64,000 nt of DNA from positions 13,207-77,206 of the forward strand of contig JASLDM010000060.1 in assembly GCA_030151565.1 (NCBI GenBank). Direction: 5' to 3'. This document shows, in pieces, positions 25,198 through 34,089 of this stretch; the stretch's first letter is position 1, and each line of letters opens with the position of its first letter. The position numbers were made by a program, and so were the translations under genes. The DNA is from Flavobacterium sp. (GTDB lineage Bacteria; Bacteroidota; Bacteroidia; Flavobacteriales; Flavobacteriaceae). The notes beneath the pieces are model-generated. The model was not told where the DNA came from. It saw nothing but the letters and a program-made list of their open reading frames with translations, and searched no databases.

Positions 25198-27063
25198 TTA
25201 CTTCATTTCGTTAAAGTTTCTCTTAACAAATGCTGTTAATTCTTCACCTTTAAGTAGACCTTGTGCTAGTTTTGCTAGATCCATTGCCTGCTTAATATTT
25301 GAGTTTTGAGCCGCTTTGTCGCTATTATTTAAGATTTTTGAAGCCAATTCATGATTTGTGTTGACAACCAAGTTATACATTTCAGGTAAATTCCCCATGC
25401 CAAACATTCCTCCGCCAGAAGCACTCATCTCTTTCATTCTACGCATAAACTCAGGTTGTGTAATTACAAAAGGCTCATCGTTACTATCCATTGCTTCTAG
25501 TTGGACAGTGTAGGTTTCCTTTGGAACTACTGTTTCAATTGCTTCTTGTAATGTTTTTTGTTCCTCTTCAGAAAGTTTTGAAATTACATTATCTTCTTTC
25601 TTAATTAGGTTACTGATGTGATCTGCATCAACACGAACAAACGTCATTTTCTCATTATCAGCTTCTAATTTTTGGATTAAATGTGAAACTATTGGAGAGT
25701 CTAATAGCAATACTTCGTAGCCTTTGTTTTTTGCTGCAGAGATATAGCTGTCTTGAGAGTCTTTGTTAGAAGCATAAAGAACAACAAGATTTCCATCTTT
25801 GTCTGTTTGGGTATCTTTGATTTTATCTTTTAATTCTTCTAAAGTATAGTAAGTACCCGAAACGGTAGGATATAAAGTAAAGGCTCCAGCTTTTTCATAG
25901 AATTTAGGCTCTGATAACATCCCGTATTCTAAAACGATTTTGATGTCATTCCATTTAGATTCAAAATCAGCACGATTCTCGTTAAATAGAGCTTTCAATT
26001 TATCAGCTACTTTACGGGTGATGTAATTTGAAATCTTTTTAACATTTCCATCTGCCTGTAAATACGATCTTGAAACATTCAATGGGATATCTGGAGAATC
26101 GATAACACCTTTTAGCATTGTTAAAAATTCAGGTACAATTCCTTCAACATTATCTGTTACATAGACTTGGTTTTGGTACAATTGAATTTTGTCTTTTTGC
26201 ATTTGCAAATCAGCACTCAATTTAGGGAAGTATAAAATACCTGTTAAATTAAAAGGATAGTCTACATTTAGGTGAATATGAAAAAGAGGTTCTTCAAATT
26301 GCATTGGATATAGCTCTCTGTAGAAGTTTTTATAATCTTCATCATTTAATTCACTCGGTTGTTTTGTCCAAGCTGGATTCGGGTTATTGATAATTGTATC
26401 TACAGTGATTTCAACTTTATCATCGCCTTCTCCTTGAGTTTCTGTATGTGTACCAAATTTAATCGGAATTGGCATGAATTTATTATACTTAACAAGTAGC
26501 TCTCTAATCTTTCCTTCTTCAAGGAAATCAAGTGAATCTTCTGCTATATGTAAAACAATTTCAGTACCTCTATCTGATTTGTCACAAGATTCCAAAGTAT
26601 ATTCAGGACTACCATCACAAGTCCAATGTGCAGCAGCTTCATCTTTATATGACTTTGTGAAAATTTCCACTTTGTCTGCTACCATAAAAGCAGAATAAAA
26701 ACCAAGACCAAAGTGTCCGATAATCCCAGAGTCTTTTGCAGAATCTTTATATTTTTCTAAAAACTCTTCTGCTCCAGAAAAAGCTACTTGATTGATGTAT
26801 TTTTCAACTTCGTCTTTTGTCATTCCCAATCCTTGGTCAATGATATGAAGTTTTTTATTTTCTTTATCGATTTTAACTTCGATAATTGGGTCTCCATATG
26901 CTACAGCTGTTTCACCAATGGTTGTTAAATGCTTTAGTTTTAGAGTAGCATCGGTAGCATTTGAAATCAATTCACGTAAGAAGATTTCATGGTCACTATA
27001 TAAAAACTTTTTAATCAGTGGAAAAATGTTTTCTACTGTAACATTAATTTTACCTGATGTCAT
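25198..27063 (-). CDS. htpG: molecular chaperone HtpG (Hsp90)
   Basis: The 621-aa product has the GHKL ATPase N-domain motifs YSDHEIFLRELISNATDA and GHFGLGFYSAFMVA. Confidence 0.97.
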   Translation of the reverse strand: MTSGKINVTVENIFPLIKKFLYSDHEIFLRELISNATDATLKLKHLTTIGETAVAYGDPIIEVKIDKENKKLHIIDQGLGMTKDEVEKYINQVAFSGAEEFLEKYKDSAKDSGIIGHFGLGFYSAFMVADKVEIFTKSYKDEAAAHWTCDGSPEYTLESCDKSDRGTEIVLHIAEDSLDFLEEGKIRELLVKYNKFMPIPIKFGTHTETQGEGDDKVEITVDTIINNPNPAWTKQPSELNDEDYKNFYRELYPMQFEEPLFHIHLNVDYPFNLTGILYFPKLSADLQMQKDKIQLYQNQVYVTDNVEGIVPEFLTMLKGVIDSPDIPLNVSRSYLQADGNVKKISNYITRKVADKLKALFNENRADFESKWNDIKIVLEYGMLSEPKFYEKAGAFTLYPTVSGTYYTLEELKDKIKDTQTDKDGNLVVLYASNKDSQDSYISAAKNKGYEVLLLDSPIVSHLIQKLEADNEKMTFVRVDADHISNLIKKEDNVISKLSEEEQKTLQEAIETVVPKETYTVQLEAMDSNDEPFVITQPEFMRRMKEMSASGGGMFGMGNLPEMYNLVVNTNHELASKILNNSDKAAQNSNIKQAMDLAKLAQGLLKGEELTAFVKRNFNEMK

Positions 27064-27134
27064 AATTAATTGTATTATTTTGATTAATTTTACTTTAAAT
27101 ATGAAGGTTCAAATTAGATACCAAAAAATAGAAT

Positions 27135-27151
27135 TCTGACAAGTTGTCAGA
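27135..27151. promoter_or_regulatory. perfect 8-1-8 palindrome TCTGACAA-G-TTGTCAGA in the htpG / lipocalin-gene divergent intergenic region (candidate operator)
   Basis: Read directly from the sequence. It lies 72-88 nt upstream of the htpG start (27063) and 80-96 nt upstream of the + strand gene start (27231). Confidence 0.5.
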
Positions 27152-27230
27152 GCGAGGGCTTATTTGGAAATGTTCTAATGAACTTAGGCATATTGTTTGA
27201 TTTAAAAGAGAATAATAAAAAATAAAAAAT

Positions 27231-27689
27231 ATGAAAAAGATAATGACAATTGCCTTGATGGCTGTTTTTGTAGTTTCTTGTAAACCAACTATGGATACAA
27301 AATCTCAGGTTGGCTTAAAAGGAAACTGGACTTTAACTAAAGTAGATCACATCGGAGGAGATTTTGTGAAAATTAACACGTTTAATATCGCTGATTCAAA
27401 GTGTTTTGTAGGAAGTGATTGGAAGTTTGTTTCGAATAACAACACAGGAGTAATTGCGTTAAATCAAGGAGGAGATTGTCCAATGTTTGAAAGTAAAATT
27501 AAATGGACTATTTCACCAACTGGAGACTTTAACTTTAAGTTTGTTGATGAAGGAGTTAAAGCGAAACATATTACTACAGGGTATTCGCTAAAAGTAACAA
27601 ACCAAACGGAAAGTTCTTTTCAATTGGTTGATAAGGTGTATGCAGGAGGTAAAACATACGATGTTGTGTATCAATTTCAAAGAAACTAA
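27231..27689 (+). CDS. lipocalin-like lipoprotein
   Basis: The lipobox is VVSCKP. The GNWTLTKV start of a beta-barrel and the 152-aa size fit the fold. The family call is tentative. Confidence 0.55.
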   Translation: MKKIMTIALMAVFVVSCKPTMDTKSQVGLKGNWTLTKVDHIGGDFVKINTFNIADSKCFVGSDWKFVSNNNTGVIALNQGGDCPMFESKIKWTISPTGDFNFKFVDEGVKAKHITTGYSLKVTNQTESSFQLVDKVYAGGKTYDVVYQFQRN

Positions 27690-27710
27690 CAAATTAATAA
27701 AACAAACAAT

Positions 27711-28412
27711 ATGAGAAAAATAGGTATTTTAACGTTAGCAGGTACAATGCTAGCTACATCAATTTCTTTTACTAGCTGTGAGGCTATAAAAAACACTAAC
27801 AATACACAAAGAGGAGCTGCTGCAGGTGCTGCAGGTGGAGCTGTAATTGGTGGTATTTTAGGAAATAATGTTGGGAATAAGAAAAATAGTGCTTTAGGTG
27901 CTGTTCTAGGAGGTATCATTGGTGGTGCTGCAGGTGGGTTGATTGGTAACAATATGGACAAACAAGCTCGTCAAATTGAAGAAACTCTTCCAGGGGCTGA
28001 GGTGGAAAGAGTTGGGGAAGGTATTAAATTAGTATTGGGAGAGAACTCTGTAAACTTTAATATTAACCAAGCAACTTTGACTGCAAATGCAAAAGCAAAC
28101 TTGGATAAATTGGTTAAGGTGTTTAAAGAAAATCCAGATACTGATATTGATATTTTTGGATATACAGATATTACGGGTAGAGAAGAGTTTAACTTGAAAT
28201 TATCAGGACAACGTGCTAACTCTGTAAAGACGTATTTAACGCAACAAGGAATTTCTCCAAAACGTATTAAAACTCAAGGGATGGGAATTGCAGATCCAAT
28301 CGCATCAAATGATACTGAAGCTGGAAGAATTAAGAACCGTCGTGTAGAATTTGGTATTCGTGCGAATGATCAAATGATTCAAAATGCTCAACGTGAAGCT
28401 GGAACTTATTAG
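27711..28412 (+). CDS. OmpA-family lipoprotein with N-terminal glycine-zipper segment
   Basis: The lipobox is SFTSCE and a Gly-zipper is present (GAAAGAAGGAVIGGILG...GGIIGGAAGGLIG). The C-terminal OmpA_C peptidoglycan-binding motifs are GYTDITG...NLKLSGQRANSV and NRRVEF. Confidence 0.85.
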   Translation: MRKIGILTLAGTMLATSISFTSCEAIKNTNNTQRGAAAGAAGGAVIGGILGNNVGNKKNSALGAVLGGIIGGAAGGLIGNNMDKQARQIEETLPGAEVERVGEGIKLVLGENSVNFNINQATLTANAKANLDKLVKVFKENPDTDIDIFGYTDITGREEFNLKLSGQRANSVKTYLTQQGISPKRIKTQGMGIADPIASNDTEAGRIKNRRVEFGIRANDQMIQNAQREAGTY

Positions 28413-28436
28413 TCAAGTTTTAAAAATATGTAATGA

Positions 28437-28467
28437 AAGAGGTTATCTATTAAGATAACCTCTTTTT
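28437..28467 (+). terminator. intrinsic terminator after the OmpA-family gene
   Basis: A 12-bp stem (AAGAGGTTATCT / AGATAACCTCTT) is followed by a T-run. Confidence 0.85.
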
Positions 28468-28838
28468 GATTTATGAAAACTCCAGTTATTCGCAAATCGT
28501 ATATTCTTTTATTTAAGCATAATCTTTGGGGAAGAGGTGAGAAATGTTAAAAAAAAGGTTTGTAAAGTAATTTTCTAGTAAGTGTTCTATTGAATTTTTT
28601 CTATATGGATTTTATTTGATTTGATATAAGTGTTTTTTTTGTTAAAAATATATGTATTGTGTATTTTGGTATTTCTATTGAAAAGTGATTTCAACTGAAA
28701 GTAGACCGTATTTTAATATAATTTTTTAATTACCGTGTTATTTGACTCATAAAAAATATTAAATTTGTAAAAAATAGCTTTATGCTAGGATTGCTATGCC
28801 TAGTTGTAGAGTAAAATGCTAAAAAGAAAGTCTGATTT

Positions 28839-30755
28839 ATGAATGCTATAAAAAGAAGGTTAAAAAATGATGTCCCGAGAGGGATAATTTTGCTTATTGA
28901 TATGTGTATTGTTGTAATAACCTACATCTTATCAAACTTTATTTTAAATAGTTTTTATGGTCGTTTCGAAATAGAAGCGATGCTTTGTAAAATACCTATT
29001 GTTTTAGTAGCCTATTTGATTAGTTTTTTTGTTTTTAAACCACATAGAGGGATTGTAAGACAGACTGGATTAAAAGATGCTCAAAATGTTTTGTATTCGT
29101 GTTTTTTCGCATCTGTAATTATGGTGTTGATAAGCTTGGCACAGCGTCTTGATTTTATGTCTGATTCATTTGATGTTTACTTCAGATTTTCCTATTCAGT
29201 TATTTTTCTCCATTTACTTTTGACAACTGTTGTAATGGTGTCTGCACGAGTTTTTTATAGTAAGTTCTACAAAACGTATGTTTTAGGTGGAAGAAATTTA
29301 AAACGCGTATTAATTTATGGATCTGGAGATTCTGGTATGATTACCATTGGCGCATTGCATGCTGATACTAAGATAAATGCAGAGGTTATTGGATTTATCG
29401 ATGACAGTCCGAAAAAAATCGGTAAGAAAATTAATGGATATCGCGTTTTTGCACCTGAAGATATTTCAGTTGACTTTGTGAAAAAAAATAGAATTGATGA
29501 TATCGTTATTTCAATTCAAAATATCCCTAGAACTCGATTAAATGAAATTTCTAAATTCTTAGAGGATTTACCAGTAAGAATTAAGATTATTCCTCCAGCC
29601 ACTGATTGGTTAAATGGAAAGTATACGGGAAGACAAATTAAAGAACTGAAAATTGATGATCTTTTAGGTAGAAAGTCCATTAAATTAGAGAACCCTATAG
29701 TAGATCGTGAGATAGAAGGTAAAGTGGTTCTGATTACTGGTGCTGCTGGATCCATCGGAAGTGAAATAGCTAGACAAGTTGCGCTAAGAGATTTTAAACG
29801 ATTGATTTTATTGGATCAGGCAGAATCAGCCTTATATGATGTTCAGCAAACAATAGAGTCTACTGATGTAGAAAAAATTGAATTCATTGTTGGAAATATC
29901 CGTGATGATAAGCGTATGCATGATTTGTTTAGTGTGATAAAACCTGATATTATTTATCATGCAGCAGCATATAAACACGTGCCTTTGATGGAGGATAATC
30001 CTTATGAGGCTGTTACAACGAATGTTGGAGGGACTAAAATAATTGCAGATTTAGCAGTTAAGTTTAAGGCTCAGAAATTTGTAATGATTTCTACTGATAA
30101 AGCTGTGAATCCTACGAATGTAATGGGAGCGACTAAACGCACTGCCGAAATTTATGTGAGTAGCCTGAATGAAAATTCTCAAACTAATTTTATAGTAACT
30201 CGCTTTGGTAATGTTTTAGGATCAAATGGATCTGTGATTCCTTTGTTTAAACGACAAATTGATCAAGGAGGTCCATTGACTGTAACTCATCAAGATATTA
30301 CTCGTTACTTTATGACTATTCCTGAAGCTTGTCAATTGGTATTAGAAGCTTCTGTAATGGGGCATGGAGGAGAGATATTTGTATTTGATATGGGAGAGTC
30401 GATGAAGATATTTGAATTAGCAAAACGAATGATACGCTTAAGCGGGTATTCATATCCAGATGAGATTGATATTAAGATAACTGGTTTACGACCGGGAGAG
30501 AAGATTTTTGAAGAACTTTTAGCTAATGATGAAAATACTTTGAAAACGCATCATGATAAAATTATGATTGCTCAAGTAAGAAAAGAGCATTTAAAAGAGC
30601 TTTCAAATATGATTAACGAGATGTGTGAGTATGTGGTTTCAACCAAAGATGAACCTGATAATAACCAATTAGTGGGATTGATGAAGGCTATTGTGCCAGA
30701 ATATAAATCTCAAAATTCTAAATATGAGGCTCTTGATACACTAAAGACTTTGTAA
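28839..30755 (+). CDS. polysaccharide biosynthesis protein, membrane-anchored NDP-sugar 4,6-dehydratase/epimerase (CapD/WbpM/PglF type)
   Basis: Four N-terminal TM segments are followed by two Rossmann regions (IYGSGDSG; TGAAGSIGSE). The SDR catalytic YKHVP and the STDKAV motif are present. The product is 638 aa. Confidence 0.85.
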   Translation: MNAIKRRLKNDVPRGIILLIDMCIVVITYILSNFILNSFYGRFEIEAMLCKIPIVLVAYLISFFVFKPHRGIVRQTGLKDAQNVLYSCFFASVIMVLISLAQRLDFMSDSFDVYFRFSYSVIFLHLLLTTVVMVSARVFYSKFYKTYVLGGRNLKRVLIYGSGDSGMITIGALHADTKINAEVIGFIDDSPKKIGKKINGYRVFAPEDISVDFVKKNRIDDIVISIQNIPRTRLNEISKFLEDLPVRIKIIPPATDWLNGKYTGRQIKELKIDDLLGRKSIKLENPIVDREIEGKVVLITGAAGSIGSEIARQVALRDFKRLILLDQAESALYDVQQTIESTDVEKIEFIVGNIRDDKRMHDLFSVIKPDIIYHAAAYKHVPLMEDNPYEAVTTNVGGTKIIADLAVKFKAQKFVMISTDKAVNPTNVMGATKRTAEIYVSSLNENSQTNFIVTRFGNVLGSNGSVIPLFKRQIDQGGPLTVTHQDITRYFMTIPEACQLVLEASVMGHGGEIFVFDMGESMKIFELAKRMIRLSGYSYPDEIDIKITGLRPGEKIFEELLANDENTLKTHHDKIMIAQVRKEHLKELSNMINEMCEYVVSTKDEPDNNQLVGLMKAIVPEYKSQNSKYEALDTLKTL

Positions 30756-30771
30756 ATAAAATTAAAATAAT

Positions 30772-30803
30772 AAAAAAAGCTCCAAATGCAATGGAGCTTT
30801 TTT
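30772..30803. terminator. bidirectional terminator between the CapD-like and endonuclease I genes
   Basis: The stem AAAGCTCCA / TGGAGCTTT is flanked by A- and T-runs. Confidence 0.85.
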
Positions 30804-30804
30804 A

Positions 30805-31878
30805 TTATCTGACAATTATCTTTTGGCTTCCGCTCTTATTTCCTGCGTTTGCTTTTATGATGTAAGCACCTTGAGGAAGGTGGTTTATGTTGTAGTTAGA
30901 GTTGTTTTCTTTTTTAGGTTTCTCTATGCTCTTGATTTTTTTTCCATTTAAAGAAAATACTTGAATCAGTTCTATATTTGTGGTTGATTGAATATAAATT
31001 TTTCGATCATAGGTAGGGTTAGGATAGATGGAAAATTTAATCTCTTGTGTTTTAGAAGTAGATAAATTAGTGTCCCATCGATCTTCTGCTTCAGGACCTC
31101 CCCAAATGACAGTTGCTATACGCGGATTGTCTATAAAAGGATTTCTGTTACCTTGTGCGAATTTGTTTTTTTTGTCAGCGTGATATTGATTTCTTTTAAT
31201 TTCAATTGGTGATACAGGGTCTTCTGCATTCCATTTTAGGAATAAATCAATCATACCGTCAGGAGTTCGTGTGGTGCTACCAACTCCTACACTTGCAGGT
31301 AAACACTGTGTTCCGTAACGTACATACATGTACATCATCATTCGAGCAACATCTCCTTTCCATTCTTCACCAGGATACCAGCCACCAGTTGTATTTTTAG
31401 AAAAACCAGAACCTTCTGCAAATTTTTGATTTCCTCTCATAGCATTCCATTCAACATCACAAGCTCTTAAGTGGTGTGCGTCAGCTCCTGGGCCTTCTGT
31501 TCCTAAGTTTGGTCTTCCTAATGATTTTGCAAAGGTGTGTTCTCTATTCCATTGGTTGGAAGCAGGACCATTATTATTCTTATCCCTATTATATGCTTTT
31601 CTGTGATCAGAAGAGGTGCCATTTGGCCAACCATAAAGTAAAATTACTTTATGGTTGTTTGTTGGATCAATATCAGTGATTTTAGTTACCTCCCAAATTT
31701 GTTTATAAGTAAGTTGCTTACTATGTGTTTGGGTTATTAAGTGAGATAGTGCGGCTTTTAGTTCAGTTCCAGTTTTAGAAAAGTCAATACTACTGTAATA
31801 CTCTTGTTGTTCATTAGGTTGTGCATGTAGCAAGCCATTTAGAAAGAAACTCGTGATTATAAAAGCAATATTTCTCAT
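30805..31878 (-). CDS. secreted endonuclease I family nuclease with T9SS C-terminal sorting domain
   Basis: It has a signal peptide and the endonuclease I motifs NREHTFAKS, HHLRACD...N..RGN and GDVARMMMYM. The C-terminal roughly 80 aa (FSIYPNPT...YIIKANAGNKSGSQKIIVR) looks like a type A T9SS CTD. Confidence 0.8.
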   Translation of the reverse strand: MRNIAFIITSFFLNGLLHAQPNEQQEYYSSIDFSKTGTELKAALSHLITQTHSKQLTYKQIWEVTKITDIDPTNNHKVILLYGWPNGTSSDHRKAYNRDKNNNGPASNQWNREHTFAKSLGRPNLGTEGPGADAHHLRACDVEWNAMRGNQKFAEGSGFSKNTTGGWYPGEEWKGDVARMMMYMYVRYGTQCLPASVGVGSTTRTPDGMIDLFLKWNAEDPVSPIEIKRNQYHADKKNKFAQGNRNPFIDNPRIATVIWGGPEAEDRWDTNLSTSKTQEIKFSIYPNPTYDRKIYIQSTTNIELIQVFSLNGKKIKSIEKPKKENNSNYNINHLPQGAYIIKANAGNKSGSQKIIVR

Positions 31879-31880
31879 GA

Positions 31881-33095
31881 TTATTTTTTTCGTTCCATCA
31901 GTGCCATATAGAAGCCATCAAATCCCGACTCTGAAGCTAAGATTCTTCGATCTTCTATTAGTTTAAAATTAGATCCAAATTCAGAATTAAGAAATTTTTC
32001 AATTTGTTCTTGATTTTCTGAAGGAAGAATCGAACAAGTTGCGTATACAAGTTTTCCCCCAATTTTAACAATTTTTGAATAGTCTTGTAAAACTTGCTCT
32101 TGGACTTTTTTAATATCCTCAATAAATTCTGGCTGTAGTTTCCATTTGCTGTCAGGGTTCCTTTTCAAAACACCCAAACCACTACAAGGAGCATCAATTA
32201 GAACGCGATCAGCTTTGTCGTGCAGCTTCTTAATGGCTTTCGTGCCATCTATAATGCGATACTCTATATTGAAAGCACCGTTTCTTTTTGCTCTAATTTT
32301 AAGCTGTTTTTGTTTGCTTTCATAGATGTCCATTGCAATAATTTGACCTTTATTTTCCATTAAAGAAGCAATATGCAATGTTTTTCCACCTGCGCCAGCA
32401 CAAGTATCGACTACTCGCATTCCTGGTTCAACGTCTAGAAAACGAGCTACTAGTTGTGAAGAGGCGTCTTGTACTTCAAATAGGCCTTCTTTAAAAGCGT
32501 CAGTTAAGAAAACATTAGCACGCTCCTTAAGTATTAAGGCATCAGGATAGTCTTCTGGAAGAATTGTATCGATATCTAAATCCATTAAAATAGCATACAG
32601 TTTTTCACGTGTTGTTTTTAATGTATTTACGCGTAAAATAACTTTTGCTTGTTTGTTTTGTTCTTCCAATTCACGCGTCCAAACTTCTTCTCCAAGTTCT
32701 TTAACTCCGAGTTCGTCCATCCAGTCAGGTATTGATTCTTTGAATTTTCTGATTTTAGTAAGCTCATCAAAGCGACCTTTAATTCTTCGAACAGGAGTTC
32801 CTTCAAAATATTTCCAATCGGGTAATTTGTACCCGCGAAGTACTGCCCAAACAGCAAAAATTCTCCATACATCATCACGAGTGTAAGGTTCTTTTACTTC
32901 TGCAATCTCAGCATACAAACGTTTCCAGCGGACCATTTCATAAATGGTTTCAGCAACAAATTTTCGGTCACTGCTTCCCCAGCGTTTATCTTTTTTTAAA
33001 GCTTTGGCTACTACTTTATCGGCGTATTCGCCTTCGTTGTATATTGATAAAATAGAGTCAATTACTGTAAAAACTAAATTTCTGTGTAGTCTCAT
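31881..33095 (-). CDS. RsmB/NOP-family class I SAM-dependent RNA m5C methyltransferase
   Basis: The motifs are VVDTCAGAGGKT (SAM binding), DAPCSG (catalytic Cys) and YATCS (second Cys). The product is 404 aa. Confidence 0.8.
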   Translation of the reverse strand: MRLHRNLVFTVIDSILSIYNEGEYADKVVAKALKKDKRWGSSDRKFVAETIYEMVRWKRLYAEIAEVKEPYTRDDVWRIFAVWAVLRGYKLPDWKYFEGTPVRRIKGRFDELTKIRKFKESIPDWMDELGVKELGEEVWTRELEEQNKQAKVILRVNTLKTTREKLYAILMDLDIDTILPEDYPDALILKERANVFLTDAFKEGLFEVQDASSQLVARFLDVEPGMRVVDTCAGAGGKTLHIASLMENKGQIIAMDIYESKQKQLKIRAKRNGAFNIEYRIIDGTKAIKKLHDKADRVLIDAPCSGLGVLKRNPDSKWKLQPEFIEDIKKVQEQVLQDYSKIVKIGGKLVYATCSILPSENQEQIEKFLNSEFGSNFKLIEDRRILASESGFDGFYMALMERKK

Positions 33096-33105
33096 TATTA
33101 AATAT

Positions 33106-33142
33106 AAAAATAGCTTGTAAAGATACAGATTTTACAAGCTAT
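33106..33142 (-). terminator. intrinsic terminator after the ECF-sigma trio
   Basis: A 12-bp stem (ATAGCTTGTAAA / TTTACAAGCTAT) has A5 on the + side, which gives a U-run on the minus strand. Confidence 0.7.
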
Positions 33143-33193
33143 TTGTTTGTGTTAATTGTTATTTTTGTTTTATTCTAATGTATTGGTGGCTAG

Positions 33194-33628
33194 TTACTTT
33201 CTTTTTTTGTATTGTTTTAGTAATTTTCGATTGAAATCATCTTCAGCCTTCTTAAGGAGAATGATTTTTTTTGCACTAAGAATTTTTTGTGCATCTTGGA
33301 TAAATTGCTTTCGTACCGAAAAATATTCTGCTTCAAAATTAATCATGTCTTTTAAAGAGCGATTTGCATCAATTTCTGACATTTCTTTTATTTTATTTAT
33401 TTCAGTTTTTTGAATAAATTTAGAAACTTCATTGTGTCTAAGATCATACATTTTTTGATCGTACACATTGTATAAAGGCCAGAATTTTTCAGCTTCTGAA
33501 GAGTTTAGGTTTAACTCAGTGGCCAAGTGAGCGATTTTCAAAGCTTTTATTTGATCGTGTGATTTAGCGTCCTGAGAAAAGACGATACTACTGATTAAGA
33601 GTAGAATAAAAGTGTAAAATGTCTTCAT
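33194..33628 (-). CDS. periplasmic Spy/CpxP-like helical protein (ECF-sigma associated)
   Basis: It has a signal peptide and an all-helical, Lys/Glu-rich sequence. It is the last gene of the sigma / anti-sigma trio, 2 nt after the upstream stop. Confidence 0.5.
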   Translation of the reverse strand: MKTFYTFILLLISSIVFSQDAKSHDQIKALKIAHLATELNLNSSEAEKFWPLYNVYDQKMYDLRHNEVSKFIQKTEINKIKEMSEIDANRSLKDMINFEAEYFSVRKQFIQDAQKILSAKKIILLKKAEDDFNRKLLKQYKKRK

Positions 33629-33630
33629 AA

Positions 33631-34044
33631 TTAATTGGTTATGTAAAATTCGATATCGGTACTGGTGAGTAAGTAATCGCTAATTTCTTTTTCATTTAAC
33701 GGAATTGATTTTTCGATTTCAGTAAAATCTTCATCATCCAAATAAGCTTCAAGTTCGTTGGAGATATAAAATGTCTGTGTTTCTAGATATGACTCTAATA
33801 TCTCAGAACTTAGTTTTGTATATTGGTCTTTATTGAAAAATGAAATCAAACCAAAACACAAAAGAAGGGATGCTGCAATTCCTGTCGATATATAACGTAT
33901 TTGTTTCTTAATTGAACGGGTTTTAGTTGTATCTGATTTTTTTATTTTTTCAAATAATTCGTTTTCAAAATTTTCAAAGTAGTTTTCAGGTACTTTGAAC
34001 AGTTCTTTCTTTTGAGATTCGATATCGTGGATTTCCTTTTTCAT
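33631..34044 (-). CDS. single-pass membrane protein, putative anti-sigma factor
   Basis: The product is 137 aa with one central TM (ISTGIAASLLLCFGLISFF). It sits directly downstream of an ECF sigma gene. The function is inferred from position only. Confidence 0.4.
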   Translation of the reverse strand: MKKEIHDIESQKKELFKVPENYFENFENELFEKIKKSDTTKTRSIKKQIRYISTGIAASLLLCFGLISFFNKDQYTKLSSEILESYLETQTFYISNELEAYLDDEDFTEIEKSIPLNEKEISDYLLTSTDIEFYITN

Positions 34045-34089
34045 ATTCTACTTACTTCTAAAGGTTAGACTGTTTTTGTTCTAAAAGGT

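Noticed and set aside
27686-27961. A 91-aa Pro/Ala-rich ORF on the minus strand.
   Set aside because: It is the antisense reading of the GGx/GCx-rich glycine-zipper region of the OmpA-family gene. The Pro/Ala runs simply mirror the Gly/Ala codons.
28473-28550. A 25-codon ORF (MKTPVIRKSYILLFKHNLWGRGEKC) after the OmpA terminator.
   Set aside because: It has no promoter box, no amino-acid bias related to the downstream gene and no following terminator, so it is probably chance.
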